Assembly (NCBI GenBank): GCA_043820925.1
Contig: JBDRDL010000046.1
Span: 1-17,156, forward strand
DNA from: Methanobacteriota archaeon
Lineage (GTDB): Archaea; Hydrothermarchaeota; Hydrothermarchaeia; Hydrothermarchaeales; JACRDW01
Reading direction: 5' to 3'
DNA length: 17,156 bases
In this document: positions 1 through 8,630 of the stretch, piece by piece
Layout of the letters: every line of letters starts with the position of its first letter
How positions within the stretch are numbered: the stretch's first letter is position 1
Translations under genes and position numbers: made by a program
Notes under the pieces: generated by a model
What the model was told of the DNA's origin: nothing
Database searches by the model: none
What the model saw: the letters and a program-made list of their open reading frames with translations, nothing else

Positions 1-180
1 CTCGTCGACAAAATGCTTGCCCTCCAGAAAAAGTACAACGACCAAAAAATCGCCGGCAGAGAAAAAGAATTATTGGAACAGCAGATTAAGCAAGTAGATT
101 GGCAGATTGATGACCTCGTCTACAAGGTTTATGGCATAAGCGAAGCTGAGAAAAAAATTATTGAGGAAAGTTTAAGGTGA
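1..180 (+). CDS. 3' end (partial) of a type IIG / Eco57I-like restriction-modification enzyme (N6-adenine MTase-containing)
   Basis: Frame 1 is open from base 1 to TGA 178-180: LVDKMLALQKKYNDQKIAGREKELLEQQIKQVDWQIDDLVYKVYGISEAEKKIIEESLR*. The LVDKML...coiled coil...IDxLVYxxYGxxxxExKIIE ending is typical of these enzymes. Catalytic motifs lie outside the window. Confidence 0.75.
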   Translation, partial: LVDKMLALQKKYNDQKIAGREKELLEQQIKQVDWQIDDLVYKVYGISEAEKKIIEESLR

Positions 181-737
181 ATGATACCGAGTTGCTTACG
201 TATATTATAAAACTAAGATTAACTGAGAAAAATAAAGCTTATGGATGGGTACTTTCTGATCTTGAGACCCTTAAAGAGATGGCAAAAAAATTAGCAGAAA
301 AATTACCTGCAGAAGCTGCGATACCAGATCAATTATACCTACAAACAACTGCGATTCATATACTCATTGTATCCCAATTTGAGTATTTGTTAAAATCGTT
401 GGGAAAAATAAGAAACCAGTATGGAATAAAGAATATTATCGAGCATAGCAACATTTTAACCCGGTTAGAAAAAGACCACTTAATATACTTATTTTTGACT
501 CGTCATACTCTTGCACATGGTGGTGGACATTTCGATGAAAAATTCTTTGAAGATGCAAGGAGAAATATCAAAGAGCTTAAATTAGAAATACCAACAGACA
601 GCAATTATTTGACCACAATTCATCCTGCAGAATTGATAAGATACATAAATCTCATAAAAAAGGTAATACTGCTTGACATTGCGGGAAATGCTTTATCAGG
701 CGAGGAAAAGAAAATCATTGAGGAGAGCTTGAAATAA
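177..737 (+). CDS. Putative HEPN-domain protein (possible RNase/defence effector)
   Basis: 186-aa helical-looking ORF. Its GTG start overlaps the upstream stop (GTGA). It has an Rx4H motif RHTLAH followed by GGG (nt 501-518) and an upstream SQFE segment like the HEPN N-terminal Glu motif. Confidence 0.55.
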   Translation: MNDTELLTYIIKLRLTEKNKAYGWVLSDLETLKEMAKKLAEKLPAEAAIPDQLYLQTTAIHILIVSQFEYLLKSLGKIRNQYGIKNIIEHSNILTRLEKDHLIYLFLTRHTLAHGGGHFDEKFFEDARRNIKELKLEIPTDSNYLTTIHPAELIRYINLIKKVILLDIAGNALSGEEKKIIEESLK

Positions 738-750
738 AAAAGTTTTTATA
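737..750 (+). promoter_or_regulatory. BRE/TATA-like promoter for the small ORF at 774
   Basis: AAAAAG followed by TTTTTATA ending 24 nt before ATG 774, the usual spacing for a leaderless archaeal transcript. Confidence 0.5.
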
Positions 751-773
751 CGGTAACTATAGAAGAGATAAAC

Positions 774-914
774 ATGGCAGCGGAAACAGTGACTATCTCG
801 AAGAAAGAATATCAACGGTTGAAGAGACTTGAAAAAATGGACAGAAATCTCATCGAGCAGCTTGTCACGAGCCTTGAGGACGTGAAAGCTGGGAGGATAA
901 AACGAGTGGCTTAA
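774..914 (+). CDS. Small (46 aa) putative antitoxin, archaeal RelB-like; not in the ORF track
   Basis: MAAETVTISKKEYQRLKRLEKMDRNLIEQLVTSLEDVKAGRIKRVA*. The TVTIxxxEYxRLK start and SLEDxKAGRI end resemble small antitoxins that accompany RelE toxins. It has its own promoter and abuts a RelE-like gene. Confidence 0.7.
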   Translation: MAAETVTISKKEYQRLKRLEKMDRNLIEQLVTSLEDVKAGRIKRVA

Positions 915-1225
915 TATCCGCTCAATGCTTTTTTAACCGCTTCGTAGTACTCCGGGAGTTTATTTTGAATCTCATTTATAGTTGCATGCTGCGTTTTCTT
1001 GTCGCTTAATCCAACTAGCAGGACTACACCCAAGTCCACATATATCAGATAGTATATCCTTTTCTCTCTAATCCTTTTTTCTCTGAAGAATACATAACCT
1101 AGCGGTTTGCCTACAAAAGGATTTATTTTAAGTTGATGCTCGATGCGCTCAACCTGTTTTTGCTCTTCTTTTGAAAGTTTTCTCACCTGCCTGTCAAAAG
1201 TTTCAGTGCGATAAACTTTATACAT
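911..1225 (-). CDS. RelE/ParE-superfamily toxin
   Basis: 104 aa, basic. MYKVYRTETFDRQVRKL...LKINPFVGKPL...REKRIREKRIYYLIY...VVLLV follows the RelE fold pattern, with an extra C-terminal helix. Confidence 0.8.
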   Translation of the reverse strand: MYKVYRTETFDRQVRKLSKEEQKQVERIEHQLKINPFVGKPLGYVFFREKRIREKRIYYLIYVDLGVVLLVGLSDKKTQHATINEIQNKLPEYYEAVKKALSGY

Positions 1226-1348
1226 TACATTGAATAGAGAGAATTATGCCTTTAAATTTAACGTGCCTGCATTATATTTTCAACAAACAAAATCATCGAA
1301 GCGAGTTTGAAGTAAAATTTATTTTTTATTCGATTTATTAGGCAACGC

Positions 1349-1375
1349 CGGCAACTATGAGCTTGTAGAAGAATT
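1349..1375 (+). repeat. Direct repeat copy 1 (downstream of cooS)
   Basis: CGGCAACTATGAGCTTGTAGAAGAATT matches 3404-3430 at 23/27 positions, with the first 13 nt identical. Confidence 0.7.
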
Positions 1376-1450
1376 AATAAATTTCGCAATCCTAAAATTT
1401 GCCAAAGTTCAGAATGTTACTTATGCTTCAAATCGAATTTTTACCTACAC

Positions 1451-3352
1451 CTAGGATTTTAGACCTAATGCCTTCCTTTTCGCAGAAATGTGTTCAAGCA
1501 TAAGCGCCGCAGCCTTCATCGGATCTGGCTCAACGACAAATCTTGCCCCCGTCAATTTAGCCACATCTTCCGTTAGTAATTTCGTGACTTTTTCGCTTCC
1601 TACAACTGGGGGTACAACACCCAAATGAACGTTTACTCCATGCGTTACTAACCACGTGGCTATTGCCACAGCTTTTTCACTCATGGCTTCTGGTGCTGAA
1701 CCGAATATTGGCAAATCAGGTACATCAACCTTAAGTGCCTCAGCTACAGCAAACAGTGTGTTCAGTATTCTCGAGTTATCAACGCATGAACCCATGTGTA
1801 AGCATGGTGGAATCTTTAGTTTCTCGAGAATCCCCTTCAATCGCTTTCCGGCCATTTTCTGAGCATCTAGAGACATTAACCCATGCTTTGCTGCAGCTAT
1901 ACCCCAGCATCCAGTCCCAACAGTAAGGACATCATTCGCAATGAGTTCTTTAGCGATGGTCACGTGACCGGAGTCTTGGGTAACTTTCGGATTATTACAT
2001 CCAACGATACCCACTATTCCGTAAATGTTCCCATCCTTCACAGCTTGAAGTAGGGGTTCAAGTGTCCCCCCCAACGCTTTAACAATCGCTTCAACCGAAA
2101 ATCCAACCATGCATTTGTTTTTAATATCGGGTATGAAAACCTTACCTGCATTTCTATTCTTGAAGTTTTCAATAGCCGTTTTAACAACCTCTTCGGCAAC
2201 CTCTTCAGCCTTTTCAGGGCTCCATTCCAAATGGATAGCTCCGGGTATCTTAGCAATAGGCATGGTAGTTATTAATTTGGTATGGAAGCACTTAGCGACG
2301 TCAATCACAGTCGGGAATACGCATTGGTAATCGACGACCATAGCTTCAATTGCGCCAGTGGCTAGAGCCATTTCCTGATGCAATGTATTACCCGCTATCG
2401 GAACTCCATGTCTCATTAATATCTCATTTCCGGTGCAGCATATACCAGCCACATTTATGCCCTCAGCTCCAACGTCTTTTGCTGATGACAACATTTTTTC
2501 GGAGCGCGCAACTTCAACGATCTTCGCGGAAAGAAGCGGATTATGACCATGAATTACTAAGTTGACCTGCCTTGCGTCCAATACGCCCAAATTGGCCACG
2601 GCATCCACAGGCTTAGGTATGCCGAAAAGCACGTCTTGAAGCTCTGTAGCTATAACCATGGCGTAGGAATCAGCTAAGGCGGTTCTAAGCCCGTGAAGGA
2701 GAAGGTTCGTCGGATCCGAATCCACACCCATGGTAGACCTGTGCATAGCTTCGCATATTTCACGCCATATAGATCTTGGAAGAATCCCAAGCTTGTCAAA
2801 TGTTTCGATTCTCTTTTTCGTCGCATACGCTTTCAAAAAATTTAACGTTCCGCTATGCGTTCTGCCATAGTCTTCAAGGGCTTTTTCACTGACCTCTTTA
2901 GCGATGGCTTCTACTTTCTTATCTCTGGTTTCGATTCCGAGTTTTTCTGCTATGGTTCTCAGCTTTTCTTCATCGGCAATCTTGTATGGGAAACTTCCCT
3001 TGCCACTGAGCTCGCTTAGCAAATAAAGTGTGCGAGCCACTTCGTAAGCGTGCTCTCCATGTGCTGCACATCCGCCTGCTATCTTCCTTAGCAGATTTCT
3101 TGAAACAATCGTGTCGACGTCTGCACCACAAATGCCCTTGGTAACCCCAATTTTCGGAACTAACCTGCATGGACCCATCAAACAAATTGTACAACACGTC
3201 CCTTGCAGTCCAAATTTGCACTGGGGCTGCATTTTTTCGAATCGATGATAGACAGTTTCTATTTCCAGCTCTTCAGCTCTTTTTATCATGCGCTTGGCTG
3301 CTTCGTCTATTGTTTTCTCCTCTGGTTTTTCGATAGGAACAATAGCACTCAT
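1451..3352 (-). CDS. cooS: Anaerobic carbon monoxide dehydrogenase catalytic subunit (Ni-CODH)
   Basis: D/B-cluster Cys in QPQCKFGLQGTCCTICLMGPC and GICGA; AAHGEH; C-cluster ligands in HGHNP, ICCTGNE, DYQC, VGCNN, TGC and GSCVD; Lys in SEKAVAI. A GGTGA RBS lies upstream. Confidence 0.96.
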   Translation of the reverse strand: MSAIVPIEKPEEKTIDEAAKRMIKRAEELEIETVYHRFEKMQPQCKFGLQGTCCTICLMGPCRLVPKIGVTKGICGADVDTIVSRNLLRKIAGGCAAHGEHAYEVARTLYLLSELSGKGSFPYKIADEEKLRTIAEKLGIETRDKKVEAIAKEVSEKALEDYGRTHSGTLNFLKAYATKKRIETFDKLGILPRSIWREICEAMHRSTMGVDSDPTNLLLHGLRTALADSYAMVIATELQDVLFGIPKPVDAVANLGVLDARQVNLVIHGHNPLLSAKIVEVARSEKMLSSAKDVGAEGINVAGICCTGNEILMRHGVPIAGNTLHQEMALATGAIEAMVVDYQCVFPTVIDVAKCFHTKLITTMPIAKIPGAIHLEWSPEKAEEVAEEVVKTAIENFKNRNAGKVFIPDIKNKCMVGFSVEAIVKALGGTLEPLLQAVKDGNIYGIVGIVGCNNPKVTQDSGHVTIAKELIANDVLTVGTGCWGIAAAKHGLMSLDAQKMAGKRLKGILEKLKIPPCLHMGSCVDNSRILNTLFAVAEALKVDVPDLPIFGSAPEAMSEKAVAIATWLVTHGVNVHLGVVPPVVGSEKVTKLLTEDVAKLTGARFVVEPDPMKAAALMLEHISAKRKALGLKS

Positions 3353-3390
3353 TTATACTTCACCAATCCATTTAGAAATAAATTTTGGAT

Positions 3391-3406
3391 TATTTAAACT
3401 TTTCGG
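3391..3406 (-). promoter_or_regulatory. BRE/TATA promoter of cooS
   Basis: Minus strand reads CCGAAAAG-TTTAAATA, about 40 nt upstream of the cooS ATG. Confidence 0.6.
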
Positions 3407-3430
3407 CAACTATGAGGTTGTCTAAAAATT
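3400..3430 (+). repeat. Direct repeat copy 2 (upstream of cooS); 11-6-11 imperfect dyad
   Basis: TTTTCGGCAAC-TATGAG-GTTGTCTAAAA (3400-3427); the arms are complementary at 9/11 positions. It repeats 1349-1375. Confidence 0.7.
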
Positions 3431-3559
3431 CAGGAAAACTCTAATCAGAGCAGGAGAATAACCAAATGAAGCATGAATAGGCATCCCGCATATTGGAAAG
3501 CCTACCATTATTCGACAACGCCCACAAATTCGAAATCTATATATACCAGAACACTGAGG

Positions 3560-3745
3560 AACCCGCCTTCGCATCTGCTCAAAGGGAGGGTTGAATGTCT
3601 GCTGTTTGTTGTGCCGATTGAACGCGCTACCAGCCAGCCTTTGAATCCGCCCCACTTACGAGCTTACTCAAGTAGGATTGAAAGGCGGTCGCTCCTGCCA
3701 AGTCGGATTGAAATGCGTCGCTCTTGCCCTCGACAAAGCGAAGGA
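3560..3745 (+). ncRNA. Candidate structured ncRNA / degenerate CRISPR-repeat-like unit (family unassigned)
   Basis: Preceded by CGAAAT-CTATATATA (3531-3545). Hairpins at 3560-3592 and 3637-3686, a ~30-nt tandem duplication at 3669-3727 containing GGATTGAAAG and GGATTGAAAT, and no convincing ORF. Confidence 0.3.
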
Positions 3746-3752
3746 AAAAATA

Positions 3753-4169
3753 TCACTTGCTCAGCAGGTATCCTGCAACGATTGCAAGTAAGATACCGAC
3801 TGCGCTCAGCGGCTTCAGCTCCTCTCTCAAAATCAGAATTCCAAGCACGACAGAAACTGCAGGGTAGAGTGCAGTCAAAGGCAGCACAATGCTGACAGGA
3901 TATTTTTGCAGGGCGAAGAGAAACAGAAGCGAACCTGCAGTTGCGAATATGCTTCCTGCTACAATAAGCCAGCTACCGCTTCCGCTTAGGGAGATTCCTC
4001 TATGCAGCAAAAAAGAAATTATTATGAGGTTGGTTAACCCATAGGTCATCGAGCTCCAGAGCAGAGCTCTTCCCAGGCCAATTTTAGAGATTCCCAGCTT
4101 ATACAAAAATCCCCAAATGCCCCAGAAAATGATAATTACCAAACCCAGAGTTGCGACTTCTGTTTTCAT
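3753..4169 (-). CDS. EamA/DMT-family transporter (single EamA domain)
   Basis: 138 aa with about 5 hydrophobic segments; FWGIWGF, ALQKYPVSIVLPLTALYPAVSVVLGILILREEL and GILLAIVAG are EamA-type signatures. Starts 2 nt after the upstream stop. Confidence 0.88.
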   Translation of the reverse strand: MKTEVATLGLVIIIFWGIWGFLYKLGISKIGLGRALLWSSMTYGLTNLIIISFLLHRGISLSGSGSWLIVAGSIFATAGSLLFLFALQKYPVSIVLPLTALYPAVSVVLGILILREELKPLSAVGILLAIVAGYLLSK

Positions 4170-4171
4170 GT

Positions 4172-5497
4172 TCAGTATCCAACCCCAAAATAAGAAACGC
4201 CCTCTTTCTCGACTTCCTTCGGATTCAGAATTCTCCGTCCATCCACGATAACGCTCGGCTTTTTCAAGTTCTTTGCAAATTCTTTCAAATCCATGCGCTT
4301 GTATACATCGTGGTCGGTCACGATTACAACGCAGTCAGAATCTCTTAATACTTCGCTCAGGTCATTTGAAAATTTTCCTCCGAAATCCTGGCTGACGAGC
4401 GGGTCGTGGGAGAATACCTTGCAGTTCGTTTGCAGCAGCCCCTCGATTATCTTTTTTGAAGGGGTGCCTCTAGCATCGTCTGTATTCCCTTTGTAGGCTA
4501 TTCCCAGAATAGAAATTTTCGAATCGTCAAAAGTTTTATTTACGCTTTTCAGTGCTTTCTTGATTAGCTCCAAAATATGCTGCGGCATATTCTCATTAAC
4601 TTCCCTCGCCGCCTTTATGACTCTTAACTCCAGGCCGAGCTCCTCGGCTTTGTGAATCAGAAAGTGCGGGTCTTTGGGTATGCAGTGCCCTCCAACGCCT
4701 GCTCCCGGCAGGTGCAGATGCACTCTCGGATGCTTGTTTGCTATTTCTATTGCTTTAAGGGCATCTACTCCGAGTTTCTCGCACAGCAGGGCAATCTCAT
4801 TAGCCAGAGCAATATTCACGTCTCTGTATGTATTTTCAATCAGCTTCACGACTTCGACGGTCTTAACATCGCTCAGGATTAACTCTCCTCTGGCAATATT
4901 CCTGTAGAGCTCCTTTGCTAATTCTGCGCTTTCTCTGTCAACTCCTCCAATTATCCTGGAGTTCGTCTGAATTTCTTCTAAAGTTTTTGTAGGCATAGCT
5001 CTCTCCGGAGAATAAGCAAGGTAGAAGTCGCCCCCTGCCTTGAGGCTGCTTGATTCCAGGATAGGAATTATTATTCTTTCTATAGCTCCGGGAGGAACGG
5101 TACTTTCGATGATAACGAGCTTTCCTTTGCTCAGATTCTGCGCTACCACTCTGCAGGCGCTCTCAAGTGCTCTAAGGTCAGGTGCTCCTTTTTCGTCTAC
5201 GGGAGTCTGGACAACGATAATAATAACGTCGCTCTCCCTTACAACTTCCGCAACGTTGGTTGTGGCAGAAAGCAGCCCGATACTGACAACTTTTCTTACC
5301 AGCCCTGCCACACCGCTCTCATTTATCTTAGCCCTTCCCAGATTTATTTCCTCAACTATCTCTGCATTGATGTCTGCTCCCCTGACCTTATAGCCCCTAT
5401 CTGCGAAAAGCGCAGCCATGGGCAGACCAACGTAACCCAGGCCTATGACGCCTATGCAGCAAGACCTGCAGGCTATCTTCTCTCTCAAATCATGCAT
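4172..5497 (-). CDS. wecC: Nucleotide-sugar dehydrogenase, UDP-N-acetyl-D-mannosamine/UDP-GlcNAc dehydrogenase (WecC/WbpA-like)
   Basis: GLGYVG Rossmann motif, ESTVPPG, YSPER, KLIENTYRDVNIA, catalytic GVGGHCIPKDP and GIAYKGNTDD. Start moved to ATG 5497 (MHDLREK) because GGAAAGGTTAAAATA (BRE/TATA, minus strand 5520-5534) lies just upstream. Exact substrate is uncertain. Confidence 0.88.
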   Translation of the reverse strand: MHDLREKIACRSCCIGVIGLGYVGLPMAALFADRGYKVRGADINAEIVEEINLGRAKINESGVAGLVRKVVSIGLLSATTNVAEVVRESDVIIIVVQTPVDEKGAPDLRALESACRVVAQNLSKGKLVIIESTVPPGAIERIIIPILESSSLKAGGDFYLAYSPERAMPTKTLEEIQTNSRIIGGVDRESAELAKELYRNIARGELILSDVKTVEVVKLIENTYRDVNIALANEIALLCEKLGVDALKAIEIANKHPRVHLHLPGAGVGGHCIPKDPHFLIHKAEELGLELRVIKAAREVNENMPQHILELIKKALKSVNKTFDDSKISILGIAYKGNTDDARGTPSKKIIEGLLQTNCKVFSHDPLVSQDFGGKFSNDLSEVLRDSDCVVIVTDHDVYKRMDLKEFAKNLKKPSVIVDGRRILNPKEVEKEGVSYFGVGY

Positions 5498-5643
5498 GAA
5501 AAAGCGTATCAGTCTCAGATATTTTAACCTTTCCGATGAAATGATTTTTCTACAAGAAGCCATGGTTTCAATAATACTCTAAATCTAATTGATATTGTTT
5601 ATAACCATTTCTAACATTTTCTTAACAGATTTTTAGCTTTATT

Positions 5644-6609
5644 TTACTTTTTTATGTCTTCATAGAACTCTTTTTTGATTTTTAGCTTTTGCGTTCTTCC
5701 GTATTGCTCCTTGGAAATTATGTCCCTGCCGACCAAGTCAGCGACTATTCTGCTTATCTTTGGTCTTGAAAAACCAGTTTTTTCAGGCAGCAAATCCTGG
5801 GTCATTTCTCCTCCGTTATCCAAGATTACCTTCACCACCTTTTCTTCGTCCCCTGTAAGCAAAGTATATGGAACTTTTTCTTTGTATTTTCTGAATCTCT
5901 GCAGCCCCAAAATGCCGAGAATTCCCAGGAGTACTCCAAAAGTCAGGTAGATGTACTTTATGTCTATCCCAAACTTCGAGATATCTGAGGCTGAGCTGAT
6001 TATCTCAACTTCATACCCTTCGGAAACTAAAAATTTCTTGACATTTTCGGACAGCTCGTAATTTATTAGCAATATTTTCCTAACATCTATTTTTCCCAGG
6101 GCGTCCAGGACGCTGGCCGGAACCTCCTCTCTTTTTATGAATAGGATAGGGTCTCCAGTCGCTGCAGCCACCCTCCTTGCTGCAAGCAAGCCCCCGTAGC
6201 CTTCTCCGTTTACCAAGACTGCGCCTTTTGAGCTCGGATAAAGGACTATTGCAAGCCTTGCAGAGGTTCCGTACCTGTCGGCCTCGCCAAACCTGTGCGC
6301 CACGAAACCAATGGTCTCGATTTCTTCCTGTATTCTTTGAGAAATAGCCTTCTCGCCCCCTATTATAATCGCCCTGTGAAATCCAAACTGTCCGTAGTCA
6401 TATAGCTGCTTTCTTACGTCTTCATCTAACCGGTCCGGCACAGTGCCTACGATCGGTATGCCGAAGTTATTCGAATATGCCTGCGCAAGAGTCCAGTCAA
6501 AAGGAAGGTCGCTCCTTACAACTATCACATCATACTCTGAAGCAATTGCGTAAGCAAGGTCGCTGCTGCCTGTGGTCAGCAAAATAAGCAGGACTAAAAA
6601 CTTCTTCAT
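5644..6609 (-). CDS. Membrane-anchored protein: signal peptide, cell wall-binding repeat 2 (CWB2)-like region, TM helix, C-terminal winged HTH
   Basis: Likely start MKKFLVLLILL (ATG 6609). AIIIGGEKAIS...HRFGEADRYGTSARLA and PILFI...VPASV are CWB2-like. YIYLTFGVLLGILGILGL is a TM segment. LTGDEEKVV...GGEMTQ...TGFSRPKISRIVADLVGRDII...GRT is a wHTH. Confidence 0.75.
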   Translation of the reverse strand: MKKFLVLLILLTTGSSDLAYAIASEYDVIVVRSDLPFDWTLAQAYSNNFGIPIVGTVPDRLDEDVRKQLYDYGQFGFHRAIIIGGEKAISQRIQEEIETIGFVAHRFGEADRYGTSARLAIVLYPSSKGAVLVNGEGYGGLLAARRVAAATGDPILFIKREEVPASVLDALGKIDVRKILLINYELSENVKKFLVSEGYEVEIISSASDISKFGIDIKYIYLTFGVLLGILGILGLQRFRKYKEKVPYTLLTGDEEKVVKVILDNGGEMTQDLLPEKTGFSRPKISRIVADLVGRDIISKEQYGRTQKLKIKKEFYEDIKK

Positions 6610-6671
6610 GCCTTTAAATTTAAGCCGAAGCAATATAAGACTAACGCTTCAAAAGGGTCAGAAGCTTTGGA

Positions 6672-6731
6672 GCACTTGCGAAGCAAGTGCGGGTCTTTTG
6701 GCGGAAGACTTTTCTACATAGAAAAGGCTTC
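6672..6731 (-). terminator. Tandem stem-loops just downstream of the minus-strand thermosome gene
   Basis: GCACTTGC-GAA-GCAAGTGC (6672-6690, perfect 8 bp) and GAAGaCTTTTCTA-CA-TAGAAAAGgCTTC (6704-6731). A terminator or mRNA-stabilising role is inferred from position. Confidence 0.45.
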
Positions 6732-6732
6732 A

Positions 6733-8403
<1,671 letters not shown>

Positions 8404-8423
8404 ACATACGCCTCCATTTTTTT

Positions 8424-8480
8424 CGTTCAAATAAATGAGTTTGAGCTTCTATATAAATTTATTGCATGTATCGGGGTTGT
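8424..8480 (-). promoter_or_regulatory. Promoter of thermosome paralog 1
   Basis: Minus strand: ACAACCCCGATACA...TTTATATAGAAGCTCAAACTCATTTATTTGAACG; homologous to the paralog-2 promoter. Confidence 0.7.
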
Positions 8481-8565
8481 CTAATAAATCGAATAAAAAA
8501 TAAATTCTAACCCTCGCTTTCTCTTCCTTTAATTCCAACTAAAGCTATGGTTCTTATATAAGCCC

Positions 8566-8630
8566 ACAACCCCCCCGGTACCCCGGTACAGAAAACTTTA
8601 TATAGAAGTTCTTAATCATTCTTTTGAACG
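8566..8630 (+). promoter_or_regulatory. Promoter of thermosome paralog 2
   Basis: ACAACCCCCCCGGTACCCCGGTACA-GAAAAC-TTTATATAGAAGTTCTTAATCATTCTTTTGAACG; TATA box at 8597-8604. Confidence 0.7.

Noticed and set aside
746..773. Third copy of the cooS-flanking repeat (CGGTAACTAT at 751-760)
   Set aside because: Only a 9/10 match to the core, with a different spacer and no right arm. It lies within a promoter and may be chance.
1451..1453. Pyrrolysine read-through at the TAG stop of cooS (or of thermosome paralog 1)
   Set aside because: Both proteins are already full length at the stop, and no pyl genes are in the window.
3560..3745. A bona fide CRISPR array
   Set aside because: There are not three or more conserved repeats with unique regular spacers, the two putative spacers after GGATTGAAA are near copies of each other, and no cas gene is present. 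Kept only as a repeat-like RNA candidate.
3556..3745. RNase P or SRP RNA (GAGGAACCCGCC resembles the RNase P P4 5' strand)
   Set aside because: No matching 3' P4 strand or SRP helix-8 motif was found, and the segment is short for either RNA.
3422..3895. ORF-track ORFs 3473-3895 (+) and 3422-3655 (-)
   Set aside because: No recognisable motifs, atypical composition, and the + ORF overlaps EamA in antisense.
6507..6570. Matches of GGTCGCTCCTGCC (3687-3699) inside the CWB2 gene as a guide target
   Set aside because: Only 10-nt and 12/13-nt matches, too short to separate from chance.
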